A stretch of DNA of 64,000 nucleotides from Heteronotia binoei (GCF_032191835.1 NC_083228.1:110174001-110238000), one strand, 5' to 3'; shown: positions 1 to 13,341, counted from the first letter of the stretch. The notes: generated from the letters alone by a model not told the origin. A program made the numbers and translations.

Positions 1-399
1 TCCTCCGAAGGGAATAGCTCGCTAATCACCCATATGTGTGACTGCACAGAGACCACGAAGAAGATGGACAGATTTATTACCTGTAACTGGTGATCTTCGA
101 GTGGTCATCTGTGCAGTCACACAGACCCACCCAGCCTTCCCCGCTGCTGGACGCTCATCTAGCACATTTTCCACCTGTCCGGCGGCAGGAAGAAACTGAG
201 TAGCTAAGCACCTCCCCCTTGTCCAGGCATGCGCAGACGATGCCTCCTCCCCAGGACGAGAGGGAGGCGCGCCAGATCTATGATCAAGATTGCTTTGAAC
301 TCTCCGAGGTCAGGGCCAATCCTGCGGAATACCCCATATGTGTGACTGCACAGATGACCACTCGAAGATCACCAGTTACAGGTAAGAAACCTGTCCTTC
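1..399. mobile_element. Terminal portion of a DIRS-like (tyrosine-recombinase) retrotransposon; element continues upstream of the window
   Basis: Perfect 47-bp inverted repeat (77-123 vs 339-385) plus a 22-bp direct repeat (29-50 vs 333-354). This ITR/ICR-type arrangement resembles vertebrate DIRS1-like termini. CpG-rich versus flanks. Confidence 0.7.
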
Positions 400-828
400 A
401 TGGCAGCTATAGTCCATCTTGTCAGTCTGATGAGCATTTAGCTATGGTGATTTTTAATTATTTTTAGTAGTACGGTTGCATTTATTGATTATTTTAATGT
501 TGATATTGTTGTGAGATATATTGTGTCCCTTGGAGCAGGCAGGGTGAAGTTGAGATAAATATTCTTCTCCTTCCTATTGTAAATCCTTCCTATTTCGCGT
601 ACTTTCTTGTTAGATGCGTTCAGTACAAAATGGACAAAGATTACTACATCACTCTCTAAAACTAGGGAATGGGATGACTGTAAGAATATTTGTACTTGTA
701 ATGTTAACTTGTTTTATACATTCGTACTTGCAATGTTAACTTGTTTTATAACTTTTAAATTACCAGCCTGTTTTCCTATTAAATTTTCTACTTTGCTCTT
801 CTGTTTCTTTGCTGTTTTGAAGTGCTAG

Positions 829-1116
829 AAAAGCAAGAAGAAGATGAAGATATTGGATTTATATCCCGCCCTCCACTCCGAAGAGTCTCAGAGCGGCTCA
901 CAATCTCCTTTACCTTCCTCCCCCACAACAGACACCCTGTGAGGTGGGTGGGGCTGGAGAGGGCTCTCACAGCAGCTGCCCTTTCAAGGACAACCTCTGC
1001 CAGAGCTATGGCTGACCCAAGGCCATTCTAGCAGGTGCAAGTGGAGGAGTGGGGAATCAAACCCGGTTCTCCCAGATAAGAGTCCGCACACTTAACCACT
1101 ACACCAAACTGGCTCT
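829..1116 (-). mobile_element. tRNA-derived SINE with L2-like tail (Squam3/Ther1-like), young copy
   Basis: On minus: A box (GGTGTAGTGG) and B box (GGTTTGATTCC), 3' GGAGGGCGGGATATAAAT and (TTC)n tail; 263/265 nt identical to the copy at 17817-18081. Confidence 0.9.
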
Positions 1117-4100
1117 CTAACCAATTTGCCTAACCAAGGCCTAACCAAGGCCCCTAACCAATTTGCCGATTTGCACCAGAGTTCTCAGAATAGAACTGAT
1201 ACTTTTATAAAGCTGTTGTCTTTTGTAGGGGAACATCAATGCTTTGACACTCAGCTGCAACTTCAGTTTCTACATCTTCTGACTGTACTGAGAATAAAGT
1301 CTGGAGTTTTTAAAAATCCTTGGACTCTTGACTTTTGATTTCAACACAAGGGAAATGTTTTTATTTCTCAACCTCTGAAGTGGTGAAATATCTTTCTCTA
1401 AATCTATGAAAATAACAGAAATACTGCCTTTATGCCTTGTGTTCTATTTTATTGTTTTATAAACTGGAACAGAATAAAAAATATATACAAAGTATAGGCT
1501 AGTGACTCCTTCTGGTTCTGGTATTGTTTAAGCTTGAATAGTGTCAGGGCTTGAATCCACTCTCCACCCACTTTCCAGTCCTGAACTGGGCATATTTATC
1601 CCAGAAATAGTTACCTCAGAGGGCCTCATGTTCTTTCTGAATCGTTATACTTAACCTGAGCCAGTATATTTAAAAGGAGTGAGAGAGAGATTAACTTGCA
1701 GTTGAGAGGTGTTTTTGGTGAATTCCTACTGGCTCAGCCAGAGGGAGGTTCCCAGTTGGCTGATATGACTACATTACTGCATACAGACCAGAAAAGTACC
1801 AGGCTAAAAACTGGCAGTAGTAGTACTCTTCTGGGGTGTAGAAGATGCTCAGCTGCAGCCAGGTATTAACTATTGTAATGGTCTCTCATTTTCAGACATG
1901 CTGTCATTGGACCAGCAAGGAACATTGGGCATGGTCCAGCCAAAGTCAACTGCTGATTGTTTGACTTAAAGTTTATTTAAATCTTAAGTTGTAACAACTG
2001 AAAACAGAGCAAAAACCATTTAGAGACATTTTCTAAAAGATTAAGTAACACTCTCAATTTTTTAAAACTAGATATTTCTCTGCTGCTAATAAAATGAGGC
2101 TACTCTTATTGTGCATTCTGCCAGCAATTACTTTGTGGGGAGTAGACCAAAATTTGACTTAACCTAATATCAGGGCCAATTATTTTGCTCTTATATCCTT
2201 GTGAATGGAACATCAAACCACTAATGGGTGAAATGACTTGCAGCCAGTGATTCAGATGGAGGAGATTTTAAAGCGTGCATGTTTAATTCTCGCATTGAAA
2301 TAAATGAGACTTAAAAATGATTAACTTTGGTCTGATTGTGAGATAAGTAAAAAAAAAAATCTCATGGCTCAATACCATTATGGTATTTTTAACATATTTT
2401 GTAGATGATAGCAGCACATAATTACTAACATTGAGCAGAGAATAGCCTAACTAGCTTTCTGTCCATCTTGGTTAATTGAGATGCAGCATTAAGAATGAAA
2501 CTTGCCTTAATGCTTCAGCAAAATTTGAGCCCAAGTGATTCTAATAGGTTGTGGTGTAATTCTAAAATAGAATTATGTGAAAAGAAGCAGGAATGAAAAT
2601 ACGGCACAGCTGAACTTCCATCTTTGAAGAAATGTTTAATTCCCAAGGTGAACTCTACACTTAGAAGTTAGAGGGCAGCTATGCAAAGTGCAGCTGCTAT
2701 ATATGTCTGATTCAAGAATATTGAACTGGGATGTGGTATTTTCTAGTTGACTGTTTCCCCCTTATTTTTGTTGTGCTTTAACAGACCATAGTTTAGACTA
2801 GAACTACTTAATCCTATTTGGCAAATGGTAAGACTAGATTCTGGTTTCTAGATTCTGGGTGAAGTCATTAATCTAGATTCTGCAAGGTGTGCAATCAGTT
2901 CTGTGTTCTGGATGCTTTGTTACAGTAATCAGTTCAATTAAATCCTATGGTTCATATTCCTTGGGACAGTTCATTGTAGTACACACTATCCATGCAGTGC
3001 TATGTACAGCATTGGGAAGCCTTATAGCAGCAGAACTTCTCGGAATTCTGGGAAGTGTCCCCCCCCCCCCCCAATAATTTGTCCTGTATTGATCTGCTAG
3101 TCTGTTACCAGATTCCATGCCAGAAAGAAATTTAGCAGCATATCTAATTTATACAGTCCTGCACAGTGCTGCCTCCATCCAAAGAACTACCTAGAATACA
3201 ATTGCTCATAGGACTGGTTTTCCAGTGTCTGTGCAAAGGAGTAGCTTGTTCTACTGTACTGGCATGAGAATCTGATAACAATTGCTATAATAATGTAATT
3301 GTGATACCTCTTTCTCCTGCTCTCCCCCCATATGCTTGCTGATGGATTTTAGATTGGTAGTGGGCAAGGCTGCCTTTAGCCTATTAGGTTGGACGCAGAG
3401 AACTGTTAAAGGGGCCATAAAATCTTTGTGATGTGCACTTCTAGGTTTGAAAATTTAAGAGAGTTTGGTCATCATACTGGCTAGTAGAAAAGCATTCAAA
3501 AGGATGCCATTTTAGTTGAGTGAGCTCACCCTGTGCTGATGAACCATCATTTTTAGAGACCATAAAGGATTTATTCTGCATAGACTTTTAAAAGAAGTGT
3601 TGATGTTGCCTGCCTTGGAATGATGGCCTTTAAATATCTCTATAGGTATAGAATCTGAGCATCTTATATAACACCTTTATTTCCTAATATTAAGGAAGGT
3701 ACATTTTCAGAGTTATTGAAAGAGTCACACAGAATGTAGGGCCTTCCTATGTCCAGAAAGAGATCCAATTGATAATAATCACTGCAGAGTATTCTTGTTC
3801 TATACTATTTTTCAAGGTATATTGGAAAACAGGATTTCCAAATTAATGGAACTTTGGCCTGATCCTGAAGTATCTCATTTTGTATTTATATGTCTGAGAT
3901 AATTAAGTTATTAAAATCCTTGTTCACAAATGACCACAGTACTAAATTTTTAGTGTTTTTTCCTGGTGGTTTTGCATCATCCAGTCTCATGATCATGCCC
4001 ACCCCACTAGAAATCTCTCTCAGCTTCTCCTCAAGAGGTTCTGATGGCTTTGAAATAGAGCTTTGCTATGCCAAATTTCATGCCTTTATTTTTCCCCATA

Positions 4101-4458
4101 AGGATGCCTCTGTCAAGGAAATACTTCATGTTACAGCTTTACATAACCCTCTTTGGCCTTTTATGCATGGACAGCTTACTGCAGAGAATCCCAGCATTCA
4201 AGCCTTTAAGCTTGACTTTGTGTGCCTGCGATATGTACCATTCTGGTTTTTTTTTTTCTCCAGTGTATTCTTTGCATTTATTCTGCAGCTACAACCGAGA
4301 ACTGTGGTTTTTCTTAATTGGAGTGGAAATGTCACTTGTGACATGTGAGGGATGGTGTTCAAAAGTTTTTTTAAAAAATTATAACAAGGTACTGCCATTT
4401 TAATGCTAAGCTTCTGGAGACTGCGAAAATGCCCCCCCCCCCCAATCAAAAATATTGT

Positions 4459-4670
4459 CATATGAACATATGAAGCTGCCTTATACTGAATCAGACCTTT
4501 AGTCCATCAAAGTCAGTATTGTCTTCTCAGACTGGCAGTGGCTCTCCAGGGTCTCAAGCTGAGGTTTTTCACACCTATTTGCCTGGACCCTTTTTTGGAG
4601 ATGCCAAGGATTGAACCTGGGACCTTCTGCTTCCCAAGCAGATGCTCTACCACTGAGCCACCGTCCCTCC
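4459..4670 (-). mobile_element. tRNA-headed SINE with CR1-like tail (Squam2/Anolis SINE2-like)
   Basis: Minus strand reads GGAGGGACGGTGGCTCAGTGGTAGAG (A box) ... GGTTCAATCC (B box) ... GGCAGCTTCATATGTTCATATG tail; homologous copies elsewhere in the window. Confidence 0.85.
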
Positions 4671-4789
4671 TCGAATTAAAGAATTAAAGGGAGGGAATGT
4701 TTTTAAAGCTTTCCATCCCAGTGTCCCTCTCTCTCTTACATGTAATGTCAATTTCATTCCATTCTGACAGTATTCCCCCCCTATTTTGT

Positions 4790-5090
4790 TTGAACATAAG
4801 AACATAAAAACATAAGAGAACATAAGAACATAAGAGAAGCCATGTTAGATCAGGCCAATGGCCCATCCAGTCCAACATTCNNNNNNNNNNNNNNNNNNNN
4901 NNNNNNNNNNNNNNNNNNNNNNNNNNNNNNNNNNNNNNNNNNNNNNNNNNNNNNNNNNNNNNNNNNNNNNNNNNNNNNNNNNNNNNNNNNNNNNNNNNNN
5001 NNNNNNNNNGACCTCTGCTCCATATTTTTATCTAACCCCTTCTTGAAGGTGGCTATGCTTGTGGACGCCACCACCTCCTGTGGCAGTGAG
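4790..5090 (-). mobile_element. CR1 LINE 3' end spanning an assembly gap
   Basis: (TTCTTATG)n-type tail at 4790-4835; ORF2 C-terminus VASTSIATFKKGLDKNMEQR at 5010-5074 matches the CR1 'FK..LDK' end motif. Confidence 0.85.
4881..5009. other. Assembly gap (129 N)
   Basis: Run of N. Confidence 1.
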
Positions 5091-7412
5091 TTTGTAAGCA
5101 GATATTTTGTTTAAAAGTCACTGGTTGTGTTCAGAGCAGTTTTTACTTTTTTTTTTTTAACAAGTGACATTAATCTAGTGAAAGGAGTCTTTTCTAGACT
5201 CAGATCACTGGTGGGAAAAAATGCCTCTGCAAGCTCTGAAAGGTGGGAGGGAAAGATAACACTGATGTGGGCAGGGACTGATCTTCCAAGGCCAGCAAAG
5301 GGCAGGGGGAATGAGAATCCAGGGGACTGTTTATGCTTTTGAATTAACTTTGAAAGTGAAACTTGAAAAGTGAAGTAAGAGGGAAACGGCACAAAAACAC
5401 TCTCAGAAAAGCTGGGGAACAGTGATCAGAAAGTGAACTGAGCACTGAAGGGTGGGATATCAATGCAGAATGGAAAAGAAAATCCAATGGACATGCACAT
5501 TGAAAATGAGGGGAAATGCAGAATGACAAAGAAAACCCAGTGGGCATGCATGGTGAATGCAAGGGAAAACACCTGTGCATAAAAGGTCTTTGTTCTCTGA
5601 CTAGCCACTGCATAAAGTGTTGTGAACCTCTTATTTGCAGATAAACAGCCTTTTTACTAAGAATTCAAGTATTCCCGTACACAGAGAGTCTCCACCCCTT
5701 TCAAACTCCCCTAATAGAAGTGAACAATATATGTCAATGAAGGAGTTGCCAGTTGGGTTTTCTTCTTTCTCAAAGCACAGTAATAACTAATCTGATATTC
5801 AGGTGTTACTCCAGTTTCTTGTTGTCCACCCATGAACTCATTTAGCAGTTTACACTATCTGCCATGTGCTGGTGTGGCTATGAGACTAAGCTGGGAGTTT
5901 CCAAGTGCCTGGTTTTAAGTTCCTGTCTGTTGTCACTATTCTGTCCTCAGTATTTATTAATATTTATATTTCCCCATTCTTCTACCATGAAAATTAAAGT
6001 GGTATGTGTAGAGTTCTCAGGAGGTTTTACACCTAGACACTGAAAGAACTGCTTTGCTGCTCAGTGTTGTTTTATTATATACGGTACTTTCCAACCGTAC
6101 CATTGACCCTATCCACTATATGCAGGGATAGTAATATTTTACATACATATAGTGATGTTATCTACTACAGAATGTAAACATATAACAATGAAGAATTATA
6201 GAATGACTTACAATATGTTTTCAAATATAGACTTCTATCTACATGTACAACACCCTGATGCATACAAGGTCTGTATAAAAAACACTCTCTAGTGTCACAA
6301 TTTTGCAATACAAAATCTTTTTTTGAGAATAAATTCCCACTAAGTGTCCAGATAAACAATATGCCAAGTTATGGTTTCTTTAAATCTGTTTAAAGAGACC
6401 AGTGACCATAGTGACCTGTCAGGTAGCCCGTTTCAGAAATCTTTTTCAAGAATCACTGAATTGTCTTTTTTTGTACAGAAATGCTTCACAATGGTTTTCT
6501 AAAAGAACCTCCCTTCAATCGAAATGAGCCCTTTTCCTTCTTGTGGAGTATCACTGAAGATTTGACATTTATAATGCTAATGACTTCAGAAAATATTCTG
6601 GATCCTTTTTACTGCAGGGAACACAACCTCTTGCTCATGAGTTCACTTCAGCTGGGTATTTTCTGTTTGCCAAAGAAACAGAAAAGTTTGTGCTCCACTA
6701 AATGCAATGGGAGCAAATGGGTAATTAGATTTCATAATAGCTCTAGGAGATTTGCCTTATCAGGAAAGTGAGATGGTCAGGGCTACTTTGCACATGCTTG
6801 CACATCTCATGGTTTCTTTATACACTTGGCGAACAGTAGCAAAATGTGTCAGTTGCCTCCAAAGCACTTAAAAAGTGATTCTTTCTGGAATTAGGTCTAT
6901 ATGTCCTGGTCTGTAAGGGAAAGTCACCACTTTATGTTGCACTCCTCAAATGATGAACATACGTCTGTCAACCAGATCATTTTGTTTTATTTCATTCTAG
7001 ACCTAAAATAGATATGGCAGAGGCAGCCGTGTTGGGTTTTCATCTGTCTGCCTTGCCCACATATTAAGTTGTCAGGTTCCTCTGGAGTGTGGCCAAGAGT
7101 CTAGAGCTGCCCTCTGCTTTGGATATGAAAAGTGAAGACATGCCATCAACAATCATGGATGCTGTCTAGCATAGCTAATTTGGCCCTGACTGGAGGGCTG
7201 AAATATGTCTCTGTTTGTTGCTTGGACTTTTCAGGCACTGGAATTGAGGCTGGACCTGCAGTTGTGAGTTATCGTAACTGCATTACCAATTTGACAGGAT
7301 ATTAAGAATGAACACAAATGTCCCTCTTATCTTTTTCTGCTACAGATCCAGGTTATTTTTTAATGCATTTATGCATTTTAAACTTTTTAAATTGGATGAG
7401 TTTGGCCACATA

Positions 7413-7592
7413 CAGTATTTTTTGCACCATAAGACTCACTTCCCCCCCCCCCCCAAAAGTGGAGGGAAAAGTGTGTGCGTCTTAAGGAGCGAATACTGCA
7501 AAAAATTCACACAAATGCCTCTAAATTCACACAAACAGCTCTAAAAACTAGGTGCGTCTTATGCTCAGGTGCGTCTTATGAAGCGAAAATAA
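7413..7592. mobile_element. Tc1/mariner-Tigger-like non-autonomous DNA transposon remnant
   Basis: Starts after TA with CAGTATTTTTTGCACCATAAGAC; ends with the complementary GTGCGTCTTATGAAGCGAAAAT; right terminus eroded. Confidence 0.65.
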
Positions 7593-8660
7593 ATTTAAAT
7601 TAGTATGATTGACTTCTGTGTGACTGCTCTAGATTTGTAAATATGTGATCGAAACCTTAAGATCTTTTTTAAATCTTAGTTTTATTTTAATTGTATGTCT
7701 CAGCTTCTTGCAAATCTTTTGTCATTGATTACTGTATTATCTCCAGCTATATGTGATAAGCAGCTTCGGCCCTTTTTAAATGAAGCTGAAAGACATGCTT
7801 ACTCATTAGATAAGAGTTTGATTAGACAGTTCAGATACCAGTAATATATGGCTGTCTTGTGAAATATTGATCTGCAGATGGTCAATAAGGCCTTGAAAGT
7901 GAGCAATGTTGAAAGCAGTTCTAACTTGGGTAGGAAGTTGCAGAGCTTGTGGGTCAATCGATTAATTGATGGAGAGTATAATGCAATTCTCTAATCTTCA
8001 CTCCAGCTCACAGAGTAAAATTGGCACTAAACATTGTGGAGCACTGTATGTGGTAGTATTCTTTTGGCCACACTGTCTTCCACCTGCCATGATGCAGCAG
8101 CTACATGGATAACCTTATAAACAAAGGCTCTGGTTCTGTCTCTGTCCTGGAGAGAAAGGAAAAGGGTTTTGACTGATGTCACAATGGATTTTGAAGGCAT
8201 TTCGAAGTGAGACCCAATATAACTGCGGGGAGGAACTTTCTGGAACCTTGTCATTATTTTGAGCACCTCTGAAACCCAGTGTGACTTCAGAGATAGACTC
8301 TGTTTATCTCCCAGCATAGCAATCTCTTTTGGCACGATAGTGGGTGGGTGAACTTGGAAGACTCCTATTTATTCACTTGAAATGTTAACATACAGGGGGC
8401 ACCTCAGTAGCAAGGCTCAGGATGGATCACTTGTGTACCAGTTCCACAAGCACCTGTCAGGGGGGATAACATTTCTTCAGTCACTGGCTCTGCAAATGAA
8501 AGACACAAATGAACCTTAAATTGTTGCTGACCTAGTTCAGTCATTGGTTCACATTGGTGATCTGGGCATACAGTAGACAGGGCCTAAAATGGATTCCATG
8601 GTAGTGTGGCTCAGTAATGGAATTTGCACTTTGTTGACTATATTTAAGTATTGTTAGGTC

Positions 8661-8865
8661 TAGTTAGCCCTGACCTGGATAGCCCAGACTAGCTTGATCT
8701 CATTAGATCTCAGAATTTAAACACAGGCAGCCCTGGCTGGTATTTGGATGGGAGACCGTCAAGGAATATCAGGATTGTAAAATGGAGGAAGGCAATGGCA
8801 AACCACTTCTGAAAACCCTAGGGGTTGCAATAAGTCAGCTGTGACTTGATGGCATGTTCCACCAC
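8661..8865 (+). mobile_element. 5S rRNA-headed SINE (5S-Sauria-like)
   Basis: GATCTCATTAGATCTCAG...GGTATTTGGATGGGAGACC matches the 5S internal control region, followed by the GGCAATGGCAAACCAC Sauria/BovB-like tail. Confidence 0.8.
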
Positions 8866-9125
8866 AAGGTCTGGTTAACATATGATTTACATCTAATGAC
8901 TTTTTAAGACTACATTTGATTATTGCTGATTTGGTATATGATCGCTGAGACTGAACTGCCTCCATTCAAAATATTGCAGTTGAGATGATATGAGGTCACA
9001 TGAAAATTCTTGTTAGCAGTTAGACCAGGAACAACCCATTCTCCCAGGAAAATTGTGGCCCATTCACAGTTAGAGGCAACACTTTATGTTATCAGGTAAT
9101 TAGTCATCATGCATTGCATGACTGC

Positions 9126-9539
9126 TAGGGCTTCCAAGCCCCTGGGGTAAGCAGGAGTTCTCCCGCCCTGGAGGTTCCCAACCCACTGGCCCACATTGGA
9201 CCGGTGGGGGGAACCTCCCCTGACGTCGCCGGCACGAAGATGTCACCTGGTGATGTCATCTCACCAGCAACATTGCTCACTGGCTGCTCTAGGCATTTCT
9301 GGGAAAACTCTATGGTTTTCCTGGATGCTCTAGGGATTTGGGAGGGAAAACTATGGTACAATAGGTACCCTAGAGTTTTTCCCTCCCAAATCGCTAGAGT
9401 GTAGAAATGCTTTCAGAAACGCCTAGAGCAACCAGTGAGCGATGTTGCCGGCATGATGATGTCACTTCCAGGTGATGTAATTGTGCCGCGCACGTGAAAA
9501 AAGTCCCCCGCTGTAGGCCATGGAGGCTTGGGAACCCTA
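9126..9539. mobile_element. Palindromic hAT-type MITE (TAGGGTTGCCA-class TIR)
   Basis: TAGGGCTTCCA...GGAACCCTA termini; extensive internal inverted symmetry around ~9360; degenerate 8-bp TSD atgactgc/atggctaa. Confidence 0.7.
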
Positions 9540-10699
9540 ATGGCTAATGTTTTCCATGCAGAGTAGAGGACACGTACATCTCCACTTGTGACATGCTCAG
9601 AAACTGTTCCAAAGTTTTAATTATAAATTATAAATTTCATTTCATTTTCTTTTGGCTAGGTGTCTTCTAAATCGCTTAAAAAATTTAGCTATGTTGCATT
9701 TCTTAGCTGCACTTTGCTTTAATGGTACTAAGAAGTGAGAAGTCGCTGATTAGATCTTTGACATGCTTTGTAAATCTTCTTTACCAGATATGCTGCCACT
9801 CTTTTGTGTAAAGTCCTTATAATGAAAATACCAATAGGAACAGCCAATAAAGGGAGCATTGGCTGAAAATGAGCACATAGCACTGTAGCCAGTTTTGAAA
9901 TGTGAGTGTCTTGGCTGCTGCTATTGAATTTAGACCAGTAATTGTAATTGCACGGGATCTGATGCCATCTACATCAATGGCTTGTGTGTTTCAAGTTGAT
10001 AATGAAAAAACTATGTTTTAAATTAAGTAGTGCAATATACCTATGCTACAACATACTGTATATTCTAACAAATGTAGACATTCTGAATTTTCGTTTTGGA
10101 GAGGATGTTAACTTTCATTCCAAACAAAATATTGTGCTGATGGTTAATGATCTCTTGGATTGAAAACTATTTTTAGTGGCTATCTTTTACAAATCTAAGT
10201 GAATGTTTCCAATGTAGAGTTTTTTGTGGTGTCTTGAAAGCTACTAGTTTTGCTGACTGTACCTTATGGCAAGGAAGAAATATTATTGTTGTGAAAGTAT
10301 GGATCCCTCTTTGTGCATTTCCCCCAATTTCTTACTATGACCATTCTCAGCATATACTGACTTTTTGAAGAGATCATATTCTAAGCCTCGGTATGTGTGT
10401 ATGTGTGATCACATGTACCATGTATAGGCAAAACAAACCAAGATAGCTGAACACAGTAGGCAGTTGCTCCTATCAAACTGCATCAATTAAAAAACACAGC
10501 AGGCCTGGTAGTAAATGTGAACTTATAAACTGTTTAAATTAGTTCAATGTTGGCATTAAATGTATAACACTTCCATTGTTTTTAGGTGCACTGAATACAA
10601 TAATTAAACAATTAACGAATAAATGTGCTAATAATGTCTGTGGCAATGCAAACATCAATTTCTAATTTTTTTGTGCAGTTGCCAGGCAATATAGCAATT

Positions 10700-10900
10700 A
10701 TGTTTTATATTTTTCCTCTCCTTTTCTCCAAGGAACTTAGGATGGCATAAATGGTTGTCACTTTTTTCATTTTATCTTCACAACAATTCTATGAGGATGA
10801 CAGTGACTGTCCCATGGACACCTGCTCTTGTGGCAAGTAGGAATCTGGGTCACCCAAGCGTAGTTCAGTTTTCTAATCAATATACTACACTGGATACTCA
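10700..10900 (-). mobile_element. Old MIR/Ther1-like SINE remnant
   Basis: Degenerate 'ttatcttcacaacaattctatgagg...ctacactgg' core typical of MIR-like SINEs. Confidence 0.55.
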
Positions 10901-11881
10901 TTGTACAGAACAATTTACAGAACTGTGCTGTTGAAGAGAACAAATGCAAGGATGGGATGGAGGACTTTTTGGATTATTCATTTGCTGAAGATGGTTTTAG
11001 GGATTTATTGACAAGATATTTCCACCCTTTTTTTTGAAAGCATCAAGATGGTTCACCAAAAATAACAAGTTAATGAATAGGGGGGGGGGGGGGAAGAGTA
11101 TAAAATATGTAAATTTAAATTTGTACCAATACTTATATAATCATATTAGACCCTCCCAAAGCCTTCTCTTGTATAGGAAGTAGAGTTTGCTGATGCCATG
11201 GAAAGGCCAGTTTTAATGTATGCCAGTGCTTTTTCAGAGAGACATGAATTATGTTGGTTGATCCAACATCTTTGAACAAGAGGAGCCACGAAACTGAAAA
11301 GACTAGTCTATCTTTTTCACATATACACCCTTTATCCCATGGTGACAATTTTATTACAGTGCTTATACTTGGCTCCTGACTCCCAAGGTTCCTACAATTT
11401 ATAGATGGGCTTGGAACCTCTGATTGGGAATCAATAGCTTTTATATTAGATGGGGATGGATGGGTTTTTTTTTCTTTGCTCAGGAAACGATTTGTGAATT
11501 TTAAAAGTAAACAAGGGCTGCTCCAGAAAATGTGTTGGATCCTAAAGAAAATGCCTGCTAATGGAAGGAGTGAGCAATTTCTGCTGATTCTCCTTTCCCA
11601 GTGCTGACCCCTCAGTCTCCTTTCATACTGTTATCCTGTCGCTAGAAGCATAATTTAGGGATTATTGTGGGCTTGGGGAGGGGAAGTGGGTGATAAGAAA
11701 CAGTTCCATCATTGGAGATTTACCATGAGGATCCATTTTAGTGTTGGATTACACACACTCCTAGTTACCCATGCCTATCTAGACACACATTTATAGCTAT
11801 TCGAATCTGTATACGTTTGCTCACTGTCACATGTAGGAGTATACATAAAAAGCACCACTACATATGCTTATAAAAAAAAAA

Positions 11882-12026
11882 TATGGAGCACAGGTCCATC
11901 AGTGGCTATTAGCCACAGTGTATGTGTGTATATAACATTTTTTGCCACTGTGTGACACAGAGGGTTGGACTTGATGGGCCGTTGGCCTGATCCAACATGG
12001 CTTCTCTTATGTTCTTATGTTCTTAT
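11882..12026 (+). mobile_element. CR1 LINE 3' end
   Basis: ATGGAGCACAGGTCCATCAGTGGCTATTAGCC ... GGCCTGATCCAACATGGCTTCTCTTATGTTCTTATGTTCTTA tail. Confidence 0.85.
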
Positions 12027-13341
12027 ACAAGCATGTATATACACAAAATATCTGTTCCTCGACACATTGTTATTGTTTTTAAATAAAAGCTAAATCAGCT
12101 GCCAAAGATTAAGATTTGGACCATGTTGTTGAGTGGCAATGTTTTTTGTTTTGTTTTTTAAAAATGTATTCCCATTTAATCTTCTTGATTATCTGTTTAC
12201 TTCTTCTGAGGTGTTATTTATCCTGTGTGCATGGGGAAATACATTACTTGTATGTGTATCTCTTTAAGATAAATAGGAGCTCCTGAGGAGGGTAGAAAAT
12301 AGGGTAAAGAAAATGAATAACCTTCATTTTCCCCAACACAGTGGCCCAGAGTCAAATTATCCCCTTCCCCCTCATGACTGCTTTTAGGATAAATACACAC
12401 ACAGAGATCCTAATCATAGATCTGGGTCATGTTTATAGTTTATTGCTGAAATCTCCTTCATTCATATTTTCTGACGTTCAAAGGGCAGAAATCAATGCTG
12501 TGTGAAAACTTATTATTGTGTAAATGTATTGTGTGCACCAAATGTGTACATTATCACTTGGAGACCATTCATGGGTATTTCTCATAAGTGTACATCTGAT
12601 GTGGCTGTATTGCAGCAGAGTCAAAGGTCTGAACACATGATGGAGTGCACATGTTGTACAGTGCAAATGTCATGGAGTGTCTCTCTATGTTAAGAGTGAG
12701 CACACAAATTTGCTGTTTTTATACTTGCCCATACAGAGAAGGGCTAGTCAACCCAAATATGCACTTCTGATGCCTTTTTGAAGGATAAATGTGCACCATA
12801 AAAGACTGGCAAGTGGCGATCTCTTTTTATTTCTCAACACTGCAGAGAAATGTTTATTAAAGGAGAATTTTATGAGAAAACATTTGAAAAATGTTTGTAG
12901 TGATGTTTTTAGTGAGCACACAAAGTCAAGGTCGCTGTAACCTTTTAAAGGGAGGGAAAAACTGCACATTATGAGCAAAAACAAAGTTTCAAACTTTTCA
13001 TTTTACCTGTAAATTGAATGTAAGAGCAATCTTTCCCTCTATCTGCACTATCCCTCCTGGATTATTTAAATAGCTCTTTCCCCCTCCAACTGGGTACTAC
13101 AACTAAGCGAGAGAAAATCAAAACATTGTGGTTGGATTTGTAGATACAAATCAGTGTTTCATGATAGAAGACCTGTTCACTATGGGTAACTTATCCACCC
13201 TTCCCAACAACTGGAAAAAAAATTCTTTGGATCTAACTAGGTATTAGAAAGGAAGTACATGCAACACATTTGCAAATTTCCTTGATCCTGACAGAAATTA
13301 GTTTCTTTTCTACCCCATGTAACATTTTTACATTTCTAAGA

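Noticed and set aside
1702-1862. Possible + strand exon (TTGCAG|...CAG|GTATTA), open in one frame
   Set aside because: Weak pyrimidine tract, unrecognised peptide, not frame-preserving.
3890-4348. 152-aa + strand ORF, the longest outside recognised transposons
   Set aside because: No recognisable domain and low-complexity Phe-rich end; roughly one ORF of this length is expected by chance over six frames of 64 kb.
4630-4670. tRNA genes at SINE heads
   Set aside because: A and B boxes are present but continue into SINE bodies without an acceptor stem.
8027-8335. 102-aa minus-strand ORF
   Set aside because: No homology recalled and no convincing splice sites; length compatible with chance.
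8661-8865. 5S rRNA gene
   Set aside because: Diverged 5S head fused to a SINE tail, with several dispersed copies: a SINE, not an rRNA gene.
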